A DNA stretch of 64,000 bases from an uncultured Planctomycetota bacterium (GTDB lineage: Bacteria; Planctomycetota; Planctomycetia; Isosphaerales; Isosphaeraceae), in the NCBI GenBank assembly GCA_963737655.1, contig CAVTTN010000002.1, positions 4,768,001 through 4,832,000 of the forward strand, given 5' to 3'. Positions 1 to 10,316 of this stretch are shown in pieces. Every line of letters begins with the position of its first letter. The stretch's first letter is position 1. The notes beneath the pieces were generated by a model that worked only from the letters and a program-made list of their open reading frames with translations, was not told the origin of the DNA and did not search any database. Position numbers and translations under genes: made by a program.

Positions 1-1636
1 ATTCGGCCGCCGCGGCGATTTTCAAGACGCGGTCGCGGTCCTCGCCATCGGCGACGCAAACCCCAGCCACGCTGGGCTTTCCTTCGGTGACGGTCCCCGT
101 CTTGTCGAGCACCACCGTCCTGATCCGGTCCATCCGTTCGAAGGCCGACGCATCCCGGATCAGGATCCCATCGCGGGCCCCCCGCCCGGTCGCCACGGCC
201 ACGGCCATCGGAGTGGCCAGACCGAGGGCACACGGACAGGCGATGATCAGGACGGCCGTCGCATCCAGGACCGCCCGGCCCCAATCCCCGGTCGCAATCC
301 CCCAGGCGACCAGGGTGACCAGGGCAATCAAAAGCACGGCCGGGACGAACCAGGAAGAAATCGTGTCGGCAAGCCTTTGAATGCCGGCCTTCGACCCCTG
401 GGCCTCGCGGACCAGCCTCACGATCCCTTCCAAAGCGCTCTCGCTGCCCAATCGATCCGCCCGGATCAGGAGGGTCCCGTCTCCGTTGGCGGTCCCCCCG
501 GTCACGCGGTCCCCTTCCCCCTTGCGGGCGGGCATGGACTCGCCTGTCAGCATGGATTCATCCACGCTAGAATCCCCCTCGACCACGATCCCATCGACGG
601 GCATCGATTCCCCGGGCCGGACCCGGACCACGTCCCCCTTGCGGACCTCGGCCAGGGGGATTTCGGCCTCGCCTCGGTCGCGGACGACCCGGGCGGTCTT
701 CGGCGCCAGGTCCATCAACCGCTCGATCGCCTCGCCGGCCACCCCCCGCGAGCGGGCTTCGAGGTACTTGCCCAGCGTGATCAGCGTCAGGATGACCCCG
801 GCGTCGAGGAAGAAATGGGCCTGATGTCCCTGTCCTCTCAGCAGTTGCGCCAGGCTGTAACCGAACGCCGAGGTCGTCCCCAGAGCGATCAGGGTATCCA
901 TGTTCGACGATCCCTGACGCAGGCGGGCGATCGCGCCCTTCAGGTAGGGACCTCCCAGGAAGACCTGAATCGGCAGCGCCAGGGCGAACATCACCCAGCC
1001 GATCCACGAGGCATGGCCGAAAACGCTCGGAGCCAGCATCGGGCCCAAACCCAGGATCGCCAGGGGCACGGTCAGGGCCACCCCGACGAGCAGACGAACC
1101 CTCCAATATCGCACCGATTCGGCCCGTTCACGACGAAGCGATTCCGAACCGTCCAGACCGGCACGTTTCGCGGTGTATCCGGCGCGAGCGACGGCCTCGG
1201 CGAGTGCGGTGAGGTCGGTCGTCGAGGGATCGACCACGACCCGGGCGCCCTCGGTCGCGAGGTTGACGCGGGCGTCGGTGACTCCGGGGACCGAGGCGAG
1301 CGCCGATTCCACCCGGCTCACGCAGCTTGCGCAATGCATCCCGCCGATTGAAAGGTCCCATTCTTCCGTCCTGGGCGGAGGAGCCGGCCGGAGAGGGCCG
1401 ATCTGGACGACATTCGGAGGGGAGGGTGCGGCGGCGACCGAGTAGCCGGCGGCCTCGACGGCCTGGCGGAGGCGGTCGGTCGGAACGTCTCCCTCGAAGG
1501 CGACTTCCGCCGATTTCCCGGGGAGATCGACGGTCGCCGAGGTCACGCCCGGGACGGCTTCCAGGGCCTGGCGGACCGAGCCGACGCAGTGGTTGCAGGT
1601 CATCCCGCCGATCGGCAGGGTCAAGGTTTTCGTCAT
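1..1636 (-). CDS. copA: Heavy-metal (Cu+) translocating P1B-type ATPase, 3' end runs off the window
   Basis: Manual translation from ATG 1636: two HMA domains (GMTCNHC, GMHCASC), [10 protein letters not shown] and DKTGT. ATG and DKTGT are in the same frame. Confidence 0.92.
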   Translation of the reverse strand, partial: MTKTLTLPIGGMTCNHCVGSVRQALEAVPGVTSATVDLPGKSAEVAFEGDVPTDRLRQAVEAAGYSVAAAPSPPNVVQIGPLRPAPPPRTEEWDLSIGGMHCASCVSRVESALASVPGVTDARVNLATEGARVVVDPSTTDLTALAEAVARAGYTAKRAGLDGSESLRRERAESVRYWRVRLLVGVALTVPLAILGLGPMLAPSVFGHASWIGWVMFALALPIQVFLGGPYLKGAIARLRQGSSNMDTLIALGTTSAFGYSLAQLLRGQGHQAHFFLDAGVILTLITLGKYLEARSRGVAGEAIERLMDLAPKTARVVRDRGEAEIPLAEVRKGDVVRVRPGESMPVDGIVVEGDSSVDESMLTGESMPARKGEGDRVTGGTANGDGTLLIRADRLGSESALEGIVRLVREAQGSKAGIQRLADTISSWFVPAVLLIALVTLVAWGIATGDWGRAVLDATAVLIIACPCALGLATPMAVAVATGRGARDGILIRDASAFERMDRIRTVVLDKTGTVTEGKPSVAGVCVADGEDRDRVLKIAAAAE

Positions 1637-1833
1637 CGGTGGGTGCCTCCGCGATCCATTCTAGGGACGCGAGGAAACCCTTGCCGAGGCTCGGGATGGG
1701 TCGTATGTTAGGGGGCCGTCGTCCCCCCGAGCGGCCGGAGCCCTGCGGCGTCCTCGCGTCGCGAATCAGGCCGGCGGGTTTCGCCGGCCTTTCCCGATGG
1801 TGCATCGCCTGCACCCTAAATGGATCTTCCGCC

Positions 1834-2928
1834 ATGCTTTACATCGGCGCCGACGACGGGATTTATCGGTGGTTCCAGGGCACGCCCTGGCCGATCTTCC
1901 ATAGCCTCCAGGGCCGATCGATCGTCGGGCTCGCCTCGCCCGGAGCGGGGGTCCTGGTGGCGTTGGACGGCTCGGGGAAGCTCCTGGAGAGCCGGAACAA
2001 CGGGATCGAGTGGCGGACGATCCCGCTGCCCGAGGGCTCAGGCCGGCCGACGACGGTGGCCATCCTCGGCGCGGGGGAGGTCATCGTGGCCACGGCCCGG
2101 CCTCTCGGCCTGTTCCGCAGGCCCATCGGCCTGCCGACGGAAGTTGATACCCCCTCAGCCCTTGCGAGGGCCCGCAAGCTCGAAGAGCTGGTGATCGGCC
2201 GGGCGAAATCGCTAGCAGCGCGAGTGGCGAGGCGAGACGGCGGGACGGCGACCCTCGAACGCCCCGCAACCTCCGGCCGCATGTTTGGATGGACGCCGCT
2301 GGCCGTCCCTTCCGCCGACCTCGGCGCGGTCCCGCCCACGGTCCGCCTGCTCTCGACCGACGGTTCGAACCTCTACGCCTCGATTCCCGGCTCGGGCCTG
2401 TGGTCCAGCGGCGACCTGGGGGCGACCTGGACGAAGGTCGAGGGACTCCCGACGGAAGTCTACGCCGTCCGGTTCGCCCCGGCCGCAAAAACTATTGTGG
2501 CTGGGACTTCCGACGGCGTGAAGATCAGCGCCGACGGCGGCCAAACCTGGGAAGATCGCAGCATCGGCCTGGAAAAGGCCCGGGGAGTCCGGGCGGTGGA
2601 GATGAAGCCGGGAGACCCGAAAGTCCTGCTGGCCGGCGCCGCCCCGGCCGGGGCCGGCGAAGGCCCGGTGGCCGACCGTCGAGGGCTGGGGTTCGCCCTG
2701 TACGAGTCCAAGGACGCCGGCAAGACGTGGAAACACGTGACCCGAGGCTTCCCCGAAACCCTGGAATCCGACTCGATCGCCGATATTCGCTATCTCCCCG
2801 AAGACCCCAACTCCGCCGCAATTGCCCTCGCTTCCGGCGAGATGTGGAATACCCGGATCGACGGCGCCTGGTGGGAGCCGTTGGCCCGGCAAATCGAGGC
2901 GGCCCGGGTCCTTTGCGCAACCGGGTGA
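1834..2928 (+). CDS. BNR/Asp-box repeat beta-propeller protein
   Basis: Repeated SxDxGxTW motifs (SGDLGATW, SADGGQTW, SKDAGKTW); ATG 1834. Confidence 0.75.
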   Translation: MLYIGADDGIYRWFQGTPWPIFHSLQGRSIVGLASPGAGVLVALDGSGKLLESRNNGIEWRTIPLPEGSGRPTTVAILGAGEVIVATARPLGLFRRPIGLPTEVDTPSALARARKLEELVIGRAKSLAARVARRDGGTATLERPATSGRMFGWTPLAVPSADLGAVPPTVRLLSTDGSNLYASIPGSGLWSSGDLGATWTKVEGLPTEVYAVRFAPAAKTIVAGTSDGVKISADGGQTWEDRSIGLEKARGVRAVEMKPGDPKVLLAGAAPAGAGEGPVADRRGLGFALYESKDAGKTWKHVTRGFPETLESDSIADIRYLPEDPNSAAIALASGEMWNTRIDGAWWEPLARQIEAARVLCATG

Positions 2929-2981
2929 ATCTGGGGAGGAGAACTCGGTGCCTAGCCTGCACCTCACGGGGGATCGATCCG

Positions 2982-3788
2982 ATGGACTGGCCCGAGCTGC
3001 CGATTTTCCGCCCCGACGATGGCGAACTCGAGGAACGCCCCGAGGAGCCGGAAGAGGACGGCGACGACATTCGTTCGGTTCTGATCACGGGCGCATGCGG
3101 CAATCTCGGGATGAAGCTCCGGGCGGCGTGGGCGGACGTGTATAGTCTGATCCTGATCGACTCGGCGGCCACGGACGACGATCCGGAGGTCTATGCCGCC
3201 GACCTCTCCCGGTGGGATGAGGAATGGGTGGCCCTCTTCGACGGGGTGGACACCGTCATCCATCTCGCCGCAACTCCCGACGAGTTCTCGACCTGGGATG
3301 CCCTGGTCGGTCCGAACATGGATGCCCTCTGCCACACGTTCCATGCCGCCGCCCTGAGCGGGGTCGAGCGGCTGATCTTCGCCAGCTCGAACCATGCGAT
3401 GGGCGGCTATCGGTCGATCGCCGACATGCCGATCACCGAGGACCTACCCCCCCGACCCGGCAATCCTTACGGCGCGGCCAAGCTGTTCGGCGAGAGGCTG
3501 GGCAAGAGCCTGGCGTCGGCCTTCGACCTGACGTTCGTGGCGCTGCGGCTGGGGTGGGTCCAGCACGACCAGAACCGGCCCGAGACCCTGCCCGACGACT
3601 GGTCTCGGACCCTGTGGCTGTCCAACGGCGATCTGGTCCGGCTCTTTGATGCCGCCGTGGAGGCGGAGCTCGACCCGGGCGATTTCGTGGTCGTCAATGG
3701 CCTGTCCCGCAACCGGGGCAGCCGATGGGACCTGGGCGAGGCCGCCGCCCGGCTGGGCTATCAGCCGAAAGACGACGCGTACGGCTGA
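2982..3788 (+). CDS. NAD-dependent epimerase/dehydratase (uronate dehydrogenase-like)
   Basis: ITGACGNLG Rossmann motif, ASSNHA, YGAAK (YxxxK). Confidence 0.85.
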   Translation: MDWPELPIFRPDDGELEERPEEPEEDGDDIRSVLITGACGNLGMKLRAAWADVYSLILIDSAATDDDPEVYAADLSRWDEEWVALFDGVDTVIHLAATPDEFSTWDALVGPNMDALCHTFHAAALSGVERLIFASSNHAMGGYRSIADMPITEDLPPRPGNPYGAAKLFGERLGKSLASAFDLTFVALRLGWVQHDQNRPETLPDDWSRTLWLSNGDLVRLFDAAVEAELDPGDFVVVNGLSRNRGSRWDLGEAAARLGYQPKDDAYG

Positions 3789-3821
3789 GCTCAATTTCGG
3801 GTCGAACCGAACACCGAGAGA

Positions 3822-4166
3822 TTACCGAGCCTTCCACAACCCGAGGATATTGCCGTCGGGATCGGCGAACCAGGCGAACGTCCCGGTCGGGATCTCGACG
3901 GGGGGGACCAGCGTCTTGCCCCCGATCGACTCGGCCTTCTGGAGGTAGGCGGCCGGATCATCCACGTCGATGTAAACCGTGACGTAGTGATGCGGTTCGT
4001 GGCCCAGGCTCGAGAAATGGCCCTGGATTCCGCTGGGGCTACCGGTCTGAATCAAGGACGCCGGTCCCGCTTGCTGGACCTCCCAGCCGAAGAGGTCCGC
4101 GAAGAATTGCGAGGTCCGGTCCTTATCCCGGCAGCCGATCTCGAAATGAACGACGGGACGGCCCAT
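3822..4166 (-). CDS. VOC/glyoxalase family protein
   Basis: VVHFEI...FGW...VTVYIDV...FADPDGNILGL. Confidence 0.9.
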   Translation of the reverse strand: MGRPVVHFEIGCRDKDRTSQFFADLFGWEVQQAGPASLIQTGSPSGIQGHFSSLGHEPHHYVTVYIDVDDPAAYLQKAESIGGKTLVPPVEIPTGTFAWFADPDGNILGLWKAR

Positions 4167-4347
4167 GAGTGGCTCTCCCTGACGAGAGTGACGCTGAACA
4201 CGCGACAACATCGGTCAAGACGGATCAAACGATCACCCAAACGGGCCAGATTCAGAGCCGTTCAGGAAGCGTATTGCGCATGGGAAGACCCGGGCCTGAG
4301 CGAGGCTCGGCCCGGGTCGATTTGACGAGGAGAGGTCGGGCCGAGGC

Positions 4348-4899
4348 TCAGAGGCCCGGGCCGTTGGGCATGTCGTTGCCCGGAGGCGGAGGGGCCGGGA
4401 CGTTCCCCGGGGGCGGAGGGTTGACCGCACCCGGAACGTTCACACCCCGAGGTGGGACGGGCGCGGCGTTCGGCACGGGTTCGTCTTCCATGAGACCGCC
4501 CTGGTTGACGTCTCCCACGGGGCCGCCGCCCTGGCCGCCTCGGAAGTTCATCTGGGTCGGGTCCAGGGCGCCTCCGGCCCTGGGAACCACGATCGGAGCC
4601 CCTCCCATCGCCCCAACTCCGGGGGCTCCGGGACCCACGCTTCCCGGGCCCATGTCCAGGCCCTGGGCCTGCATCCGGGCCCTCTGGGTGGCCGCCTGGG
4701 TGTTGGCCCAGGGGAAATCCGGTCCCGGCGGGAAATACTGGACGTCGTCGTGCAGATACTTGCCCGAAGGCAGCGTCATGCCCGCGTATTCCACCTGACA
4801 CCCGACCGTCGGCAAGATCGAGCCGACCGACAGGCCCGCCCAGAGCGCCATCCGCCGGACCCCGGCCCGGCGGGGCGATCCCTCGCGAGGCGACTGCAT
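4348..4899 (-). CDS. Planctomycete-type putative lipoprotein with Pro/Gly-rich tail
   Basis: Signal peptide with TVGC lipobox, then GMTLPSGKYLHDDVQYFPPGP, then a low-complexity tail. Confidence 0.65.
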   Translation of the reverse strand: MQSPREGSPRRAGVRRMALWAGLSVGSILPTVGCQVEYAGMTLPSGKYLHDDVQYFPPGPDFPWANTQAATQRARMQAQGLDMGPGSVGPGAPGVGAMGGAPIVVPRAGGALDPTQMNFRGGQGGGPVGDVNQGGLMEDEPVPNAAPVPPRGVNVPGAVNPPPPGNVPAPPPPGNDMPNGPGL

Positions 4900-5153
4900 C
4901 GTGAGTACCCTCCTTGGCTTCCTCTGCCCGGCCCGGCCCCAGCCGACCGCCCCCCGAGGGACGCCGGCGGCCGAATCCTGCGGTTAGGCATCCTGCCCAG
5001 CTTCTCTGAACCCCGCGATCGTCCGATCCCGGCGAGTTCCGGTCCTCGAACGGGCCGCGCGGTCGCTGGGATCGTGTCACAAACAGGGAATCGGACGATC
5101 GGGCCGGTCAAGCCCAGTCATTCCGGCGGATTTGTGACCGTCACGGCCACTCC

Positions 5154-6506
5154 TCAGAAGGAAACCTGCCCGCGGGCCCGCCGGTCTTCCAGCAACAGGG
5201 CCAGCCGACGCCCCAGCGCACGGCCCCAGACGGCCGTCCCCAGCGGCGAGAAATGGTGATCGTCGATCCGCGAGTTATAGAGAGGGTCGCCGGAGAACCC
5301 CGCCCCGGATCGGACCGATTCCAGGCGGAGCCGGAGGAACTCATCGACGAGGTCCTCGATGGGAAACACGTAATTCAGGCTGCTGACGCCCATGAGCCTC
5401 TCGATCGGCCCGGGGTAAACGTCCGACCCCCGGGCCCCGGTAACCTGATGGTCCACGGGGATGGGCGTTAAGATGCACAAGATATTGCGGGTCCGGCAAT
5501 ACTGGGCGATTTGGTCGAGCCAGAAACGCGCCTCGTCCCAGTCGGCCCGGCCTTCCAGGACGTCCGCCACGTCGCCGAAATCGTTCAGGCAGGGGCTGAC
5601 GACGACGAATTGCGGGCGGAACCGCTCGCCGTACTCGACCAGGCAGGCATAGTACTGCTCGGGGGAGTAGCCGAGGTGGCCGGTGTTGAGCATGGAGCAC
5701 CGAACCCTCAGCCTCTCCTGGAGATCGGCGCGAAGCGTCTCGGGAGGGCTCTGGTCGTCGGCGACGAACAGGCCCTGCATGTTCGAATCGCCGAGGACGA
5801 GCCCGCGAAGCGGGGCCGAGGGGTCGGGTTCCGGCCCTCGGCAGCCCCAGGAATTGGTGGTCTGGGCCGAACCCGGGACGACGAAAGCGCCTGTTCCAGG
5901 AAGGATTTGCGACAATTCCGGCCGGTCCGGGACGAGGAAGAAGCCGTCGAGTCCTCGGGGCAGGGCCACGCCCTTCAGCCAGACCGAGCGGACGTTGGGC
6001 CTCATCCGGTAGGAGCGGCCGGAGTCGTCGGCTTCAAACACCGAGCCCGGAAGGAGTAAGATCTTGTTGTAGTTGCCCCACCGGAGGACCGCCTCGCCCG
6101 GGGCCAGGCCGGCGAAGTCGATCAGCCGCCTCATCGCCGGGTCGGCCTCGGCGACGATCTCGCGATAGGTGGCGGTGGTCTGCGTGACCCCTCGTTCGCG
6201 CCGAAGTTTCCATTCCGCCATGACTTCCGCTCGATTAGGCTCCATGCCGAGGAGGTTGCGGGCGGTCGCTTGGGTCCGCGAAATGCCGCGACGGACGAGA
6301 TACCGGCCGGTGGGCATGGCCAGGACGATCCCGGCCACCGCCGCGAGGGTCGTCGCGACGATCCCCCGACGGAACGCCCGTTCGCGCCGTTCGGCCCTCT
6401 CCTCGAAGGCGAAACGGAGCTGCCAAGCCGGGCGGGCTCGGGATCGGAATCGGGGACGCCGGGGCATGGGGCGATCTCGCGGTCGCGGAGGGATGGGGCG
6501 GTTCAT
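5154..6506 (-). CDS. SGNH/GDSL hydrolase family protein with N-terminal membrane anchor (start uncertain)
   Basis: LGDS, NTGHLGYSP, ND and DDHH(F) blocks. Confidence 0.8.
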   Translation of the reverse strand: MNRPIPPRPRDRPMPRRPRFRSRARPAWQLRFAFEERAERRERAFRRGIVATTLAAVAGIVLAMPTGRYLVRRGISRTQATARNLLGMEPNRAEVMAEWKLRRERGVTQTTATYREIVAEADPAMRRLIDFAGLAPGEAVLRWGNYNKILLLPGSVFEADDSGRSYRMRPNVRSVWLKGVALPRGLDGFFLVPDRPELSQILPGTGAFVVPGSAQTTNSWGCRGPEPDPSAPLRGLVLGDSNMQGLFVADDQSPPETLRADLQERLRVRCSMLNTGHLGYSPEQYYACLVEYGERFRPQFVVVSPCLNDFGDVADVLEGRADWDEARFWLDQIAQYCRTRNILCILTPIPVDHQVTGARGSDVYPGPIERLMGVSSLNYVFPIEDLVDEFLRLRLESVRSGAGFSGDPLYNSRIDDHHFSPLGTAVWGRALGRRLALLLEDRRARGQVSF

Positions 6507-7011
6507 TCTGACGAGGCGCCGGCCCGGTCCGCAAGCGGACGCGAGGACGGACCGAGGCCCCTCGGAGGGAATATCGCAAATCGTCCCGCCCGACGATCGC
6601 CCGATCCGTCGTCGGTGATTCGGCGGACCATCGCCGTCCGGACCGGCCAATTGTGTACCCTTCGGACGCGAACCGGCCTCCGAGGGGCCGTGTTACGATT
6701 GTCGTAAACGCCCTGGATACTACGAGTTGAAGTGCATTTTCGCTACGCGACAACATATCGTGCCACGTCTGTACGCACGACTGACTGCGCGCCCGAAAAC
6801 AGCTTAATTTGCAGCCTTTGGGTCCACTTTGCGGTGCAAAATGTTGTCAAGTTCGGCCGAAGTGTTGTCAACTTCCATGGATTCAGAAGTGACATGTTTA
6901 CCAAATGCAAGAATCTGTGTGCGTGATTTAATTTTTTAGGTTACAATATTTACATATCAAATACATTATATTTTTAATTCCTTAATGGGGTTCTCGGTGG
7001 GATGGCGCCCC

Positions 7012-7072
7012 CGTAGGGCAGGCCTTGGCCTGCCTAGACCCGCGTAGGCGGCAGGCCAAGGCCTGCCCTACG
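7012..7072. repeat. GTAG-type REP doublet, family A, copy 1
   Basis: Perfect 23-bp inverted repeat CGTAGGGCAGGCCTTGGCCTGCC at 7012-7034 and 7050-7072. Confidence 0.9.
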
Positions 7073-7348
7073 AAGACCGTCGTTCGCCCTCCGTTCGTGA
7101 ACCGCTCCGGAGAGTCCTTGCTTCTCGTGGCCTTGCGTGGGAGAGGGGCTGGGGGGGTCGATGGAACTTTGGGTTGGAAGGGATGACAAAACAGAGTGGA
7201 ATATTTGGGCAAACTGGAGAAGACCTGGTCTTTCGTGGAACGAGGTTCCTTGCTCGAACCCCAAAACGCTTTTTAAAGAATCGGCGGTCGGATCAACGCT
7301 CTAGAATATTACTTAATTTAATCTAAGCGCACCCACGATTTCCCCGAA

Positions 7349-7837
7349 TCAGCCGCCGAGGGGGTGGAGGCGGGACAGGGCGAGGGTGACGGGCAAGTTG
7401 GCGAGCGCGTCGGCGATGGCCTGGACGATGGCTTCGGGCGATCCTCCGGGGTCGGGGCGGTGGACGATGGCGGAGGCGGCCTGGGCGAGCATCAGGTTGA
7501 TGGTGCCGAGCTTCTGGCCGGGGAGGGCGTCGCCCCCGCCGCGGAAGTCGCTGCGGACGACGACGATCGGCAGGCCCAGGGCATAAGCGACCCCGCATTC
7601 GAAGCAGGTGCCGCTGTCGGCGTCGGCGCCGTCGAGGATCGCGACGAGGGCATCGGCCGATCGGACCCCGTCGAGATCGACGCGGAAGACGGAGTCGGCC
7701 TGGAGGGTGGTCAGGGACTGGACCTCGTCCTGGGGGAGGAAGACCTCGTGCCCGAGCCTCCTCAGCGAGTCGGCCACCCGGCGGTTCCAGGCGCGTTCGG
7801 CCTGGGTGAACAGGGGGCCGGCGAAGTAGACGCGCAT
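7349..7837 (-). CDS. Nucleoside 2-deoxyribosyltransferase family protein
   Basis: MRVYFAGPLF, VFLPQ, DGADADSGTCFECGVAYALG, NLM. Confidence 0.9.
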   Translation of the reverse strand: MRVYFAGPLFTQAERAWNRRVADSLRRLGHEVFLPQDEVQSLTTLQADSVFRVDLDGVRSADALVAILDGADADSGTCFECGVAYALGLPIVVVRSDFRGGGDALPGQKLGTINLMLAQAASAIVHRPDPGGSPEAIVQAIADALANLPVTLALSRLHPLGG

Positions 7838-8132
7838 GGCGGGAGGATCCTCGACGATCTCGGGGCGGCGGATGCTTCCCGCCCAGTGTGCCGTGTGGGT
7901 GGGGATTTGGCCATCCCCCGGGGCGGGCGGCCGGGTCCCGCGGACGTGAGCTGGCCTCGCGATGCGCCGATCGGGGGGATCGTGGGGATTCTCGCAAGAG
8001 GGTCGGTCGCGATGGCCGATGGAGGGGGAGAGGAACGGTCCCGAAGGCGCCGAGGACGAGGCGTCGCGAGGTCCGGGCCGGGTCGGACCGGGCGGGACTC
8101 CGGCCGGCGGTCCCGAGGAAAAGGAGTTTCCG

Positions 8133-8960
8133 ATGCGTCGCGCGAATCCGCTGTACCTGGCTCTGGCCGGTCTGGCGTTGCTGGCCCCGTCGTCGGCCCT
8201 GGCGGGTCTGCCGGGCCTGGACTCGGAGTCGGGGGGCCTGCCCCGGGCCTCTCGGGCGAAGAAGAAGCACGTGCCGAGGCTCTGCCCGGTCTGCGCCGCG
8301 AAGTATGCCGCGCAGGGGATGCCGGTCACGGCCACCTCGCCGGTGATGGTCCAGGGATCGGCGAATTGCACGGCCTGCGCCGAGGCGGCGACGGCCTCGG
8401 CGACGGCCCCGGGCGCGATGCCGGCCCCGGTGGCCGCCCCGGCCGGCACGCCGTCGCTCACGCTGACGGCCGCCAATGACCCGACGCCGGGGTTCGCCAC
8501 CGTGGGCGACCCGGCGCCGGCCGCGATGGCGTCCCCCGGCGGGGCGCCGGGGATCGCCTATGTCGGCTCGGTGCCGGGAACGGCCGTCGTGGGCGGGACG
8601 GTGGTCTCGGCCGAGCCGGCGCCGATCGGTGTGGTCCGCACCAGCTACAAGGGCGTGGCGTCGCCCGGGGGCGGCCCGGCGCCCGGGGGCGCCGGCATGG
8701 CGGCCCCGAATCCCGGGGCGATGGGACCCGGCGGCGTCCCCTACGCCCGGATGGACGAGCTGCCCCCGTCGCTCTATGGAGGCTCTCCCGGCCGCCAGAA
8801 GCCGCACATCCTCGGCCACATCCTCGGCCTTCGCGGCCCGTGGATCCACGCCGCCGAGATGGAGGCCCGGGCCCGCGAGAACCACGCGGCCATCTCCTAC
8901 GGACCCGGCGGCGCGAGCTCCGCGACCGACCTCCCCGCCTCGGCCGTGTATGGCCGGTGA
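8133..8960 (+). CDS. Exported hypothetical protein with two CxxC motifs and an Ala/Pro/Gly-rich region
   Basis: AAGGAG RBS, signal peptide ending SALA, CPVC and CTAC. Confidence 0.65.
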   Translation: MRRANPLYLALAGLALLAPSSALAGLPGLDSESGGLPRASRAKKKHVPRLCPVCAAKYAAQGMPVTATSPVMVQGSANCTACAEAATASATAPGAMPAPVAAPAGTPSLTLTAANDPTPGFATVGDPAPAAMASPGGAPGIAYVGSVPGTAVVGGTVVSAEPAPIGVVRTSYKGVASPGGGPAPGGAGMAAPNPGAMGPGGVPYARMDELPPSLYGGSPGRQKPHILGHILGLRGPWIHAAEMEARARENHAAISYGPGGASSATDLPASAVYGR

Positions 8961-9003
8961 GCGTGCCGGTTCGGATGACATGAGAGATTAATGTAAAAAT
9001 CTT

Positions 9004-9038
9004 GAAGACATGCTCACGAAGACGTGAGCATGCCACCC
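9004..9038. repeat. GGGTGGCATG palindromic repeat, family C, single unit
   Basis: GAAGACATGCTCACGAAGACGTGAGCATGCCACCC; matches units at 39.1, 47.7 and 53.2 kb. Confidence 0.8.
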
Positions 9039-9142
9039 GCAGAGGCTTGGCGACGGTCTCGAACCACGCGCGGCCCCGTCTCTCGAACCTCCGCGGAGGG
9101 TCGGGAGACGGGGCCGCGATGCGGTTGGTGGCCGGGGGCCGG

Positions 9143-9916
9143 TCAGGCGGAGGGGGCCGGAGGCTCGGGCTTGTCGGGAGTCTTCCGCCGGGCCGCGAAG
9201 GCGCCGGCGAAGCCGAGGAGGATCAGGGTCAGGCTGGCCGGCTCGGGGACGGCCGAGGGGCCTCCTCCGGTCGGGTTGACGGTCCCGCCTCCGGCCGGGG
9301 GGACGCCGCCCCCTCCGGTCGGCCCGCCGGAGCCCGGGGTGCCGGCCGACGAGCTCCCGTTGCCTCCGCTGCTCCCGGCCGGGGGCGGGGAGACGGTGGG
9401 GACGCAGACGGTCGAGGTCCGGAGCCGGTCGTCCTCGGCCAGCAACGCCCCGAGCGCCGGGTGGTAGTGGTCGAACCTCGTGGGATCGAGGTTCCTCCGA
9501 TAGTGGAGGTAGCGGTAGTGGGCCGAGTTGGGCAAGAGGCCGTTCATCGGCGTGCACGGGGTGCCCTGGGCGGCCCTCAGGCGCTCATCATTGGCCAGGA
9601 TCGGGCCGAGTCCGGGGTGGTAATGATCGAACCGCGCCGGGTCCACGTCCCTTCGGGCGAGGAGGTAGGCCAGGCGGGTCGTGGCCGGCAAGTCGCCGAA
9701 ATGGGCCGGGATCGGCCCGACCGGGTTCGTGGCCTGGTTGGTGTGCGCCAGGTGCGTCGAATGGACCTGGGCCTTCCAGTCATGGCGGGCCGAGGCGACG
9801 GCCTCGCGCCCCGAAGCGTGGCCGCCCCCGGACGAGGCCCCGAGGGCGTCCGCCCCCGCCAGCGGGGCCATCAGGCCCAGGGCGGCCCGGAACATCGACC
9901 GCACGTACTTTGACAT
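9143..9916 (-). CDS. PEP-CTERM sorting-domain surface protein with an internal duplicated domain
   Basis: Signal peptide; C-terminal VPEPASLTLILLG-TM-RRK; two RRxxDPxRFDHYHPxLG repeats. Confidence 0.85.
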   Translation of the reverse strand: MSKYVRSMFRAALGLMAPLAGADALGASSGGGHASGREAVASARHDWKAQVHSTHLAHTNQATNPVGPIPAHFGDLPATTRLAYLLARRDVDPARFDHYHPGLGPILANDERLRAAQGTPCTPMNGLLPNSAHYRYLHYRRNLDPTRFDHYHPALGALLAEDDRLRTSTVCVPTVSPPPAGSSGGNGSSSAGTPGSGGPTGGGGVPPAGGGTVNPTGGGPSAVPEPASLTLILLGFAGAFAARRKTPDKPEPPAPSA

Positions 9917-10316
9917 GAGAATACCACGCCTAGATGACGTCTGTGAGTGTGCATTGCGAAAGATGAGCACATGCCGTCCAGTATTTGCAAGTCGCGTGCC
10001 ATCAACCAAGACTCGCCGGATCGGCGGCCTCGGGCCCACGGGCTACATACAGGAGATGCGGCCGCCCGTGACCTCCAGCATCCATCCAGGCGAGCATTTG
10101 CGGAATTCGAAGGACTTTGATGCGTAATGTTTTGTTTTGCGTGGCTTTCCGCTCGGATCCGTGAGGATTCGAGTTCCCCAGTGGCGAGAAGCGGGCTGCG
10201 CAGTCGTCCGGATCGGAAGAGACGGCGATTTCCGGGCCGGGTCGCGTAGGATGAGGGGGTGGGGATTCCGCGGGGCGAGGGGTCGAGTCGGGACCGACGG
10301 GAGGGAGGCGGGGAGG

